DNA of 64,000 nt from the NCBI GenBank assembly GCA_951406725.2, contig OX597820.1, positions 103,664,001-103,728,000 on the forward strand. The letters are read 5' to 3'. Positions 63,691 to 64,000 of this stretch are shown one piece after another. Origin of the DNA: Octopus vulgaris (lineage: Eukaryota). Within the stretch, counting starts at the first letter, position 1. Every line of letters starts with the position of its first letter. The notes beneath the pieces are model-generated. The model saw only the letters and a program-made list of their open reading frames with translations, was not told the origin of the DNA and searched no databases. The position numbers were made by a program, and so were the translations under genes.

Positions 63691-64000
63691 TTAACAGCAA
63701 CAACCCCAGATATGCTCTTATTGAACTGACTAAACTATGACAAAACGCATTCCAGCTGTGTCATCCTGTCTTTAATTGTTTTTCAAGACCAATCTATAAA
63801 AATATCTTAGTCTGTGTTGTTCCATTTGTGAGAAACTAGGATATGATTTGAAGTTGATTTGACAGTTATTTCTACCAGGTCAAGTGACTGCATAGAGACC
63901 ACCTAGATGGCTTGATAATACAAGTTTTTGTTACGCTGTTATTGTTGTTGTTATTGTTGTTTTGTTGTTGATGATGATGATGGGGGCGGGGATGAGAAGG

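Overview
AT-rich, microsatellite-dense animal DNA, most likely an Octopus-like coleoid cephalopod (inferred from the SINE types and simple-repeat load). No host gene could be recognised; there are only two weak candidate exons, and almost all ORFs in the track are microsatellite artefacts. The window is mostly transposon remnants. It holds a young, 5'-truncated Neptune-type Penelope-like element (PLE; RT plus GIY-YIG, two premature stops, 38413-41094), degenerate R4/Dong-like, Tx1/L1, CR1-like and RTE LINE pieces, mariner/Tc1 pieces, Helitrons, MITEs and three tRNA-derived SINE families. Two systems stand out. (1) A set of short PLE-type elements, mostly in (TA)n tracts and with inverted partial 5' copies, carries minimal type I hammerhead ribozyme folds. 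These include a G3-C8 core-swap variant in three copies, an A6U variant in the PLE itself, a canonical CUGAUGA copy and a tRNA-headed (Pol III) hammerhead element. (2) A SINE whose tail resembles the 3' end of a Tx1/L1-type LINE inserts at one fixed site (GGTATTTC) in the head of its own family, with a 17-bp TSD, and builds head-to-tail multimers that move as units. All ribozyme calls are by-eye folds and are not tested for activity.
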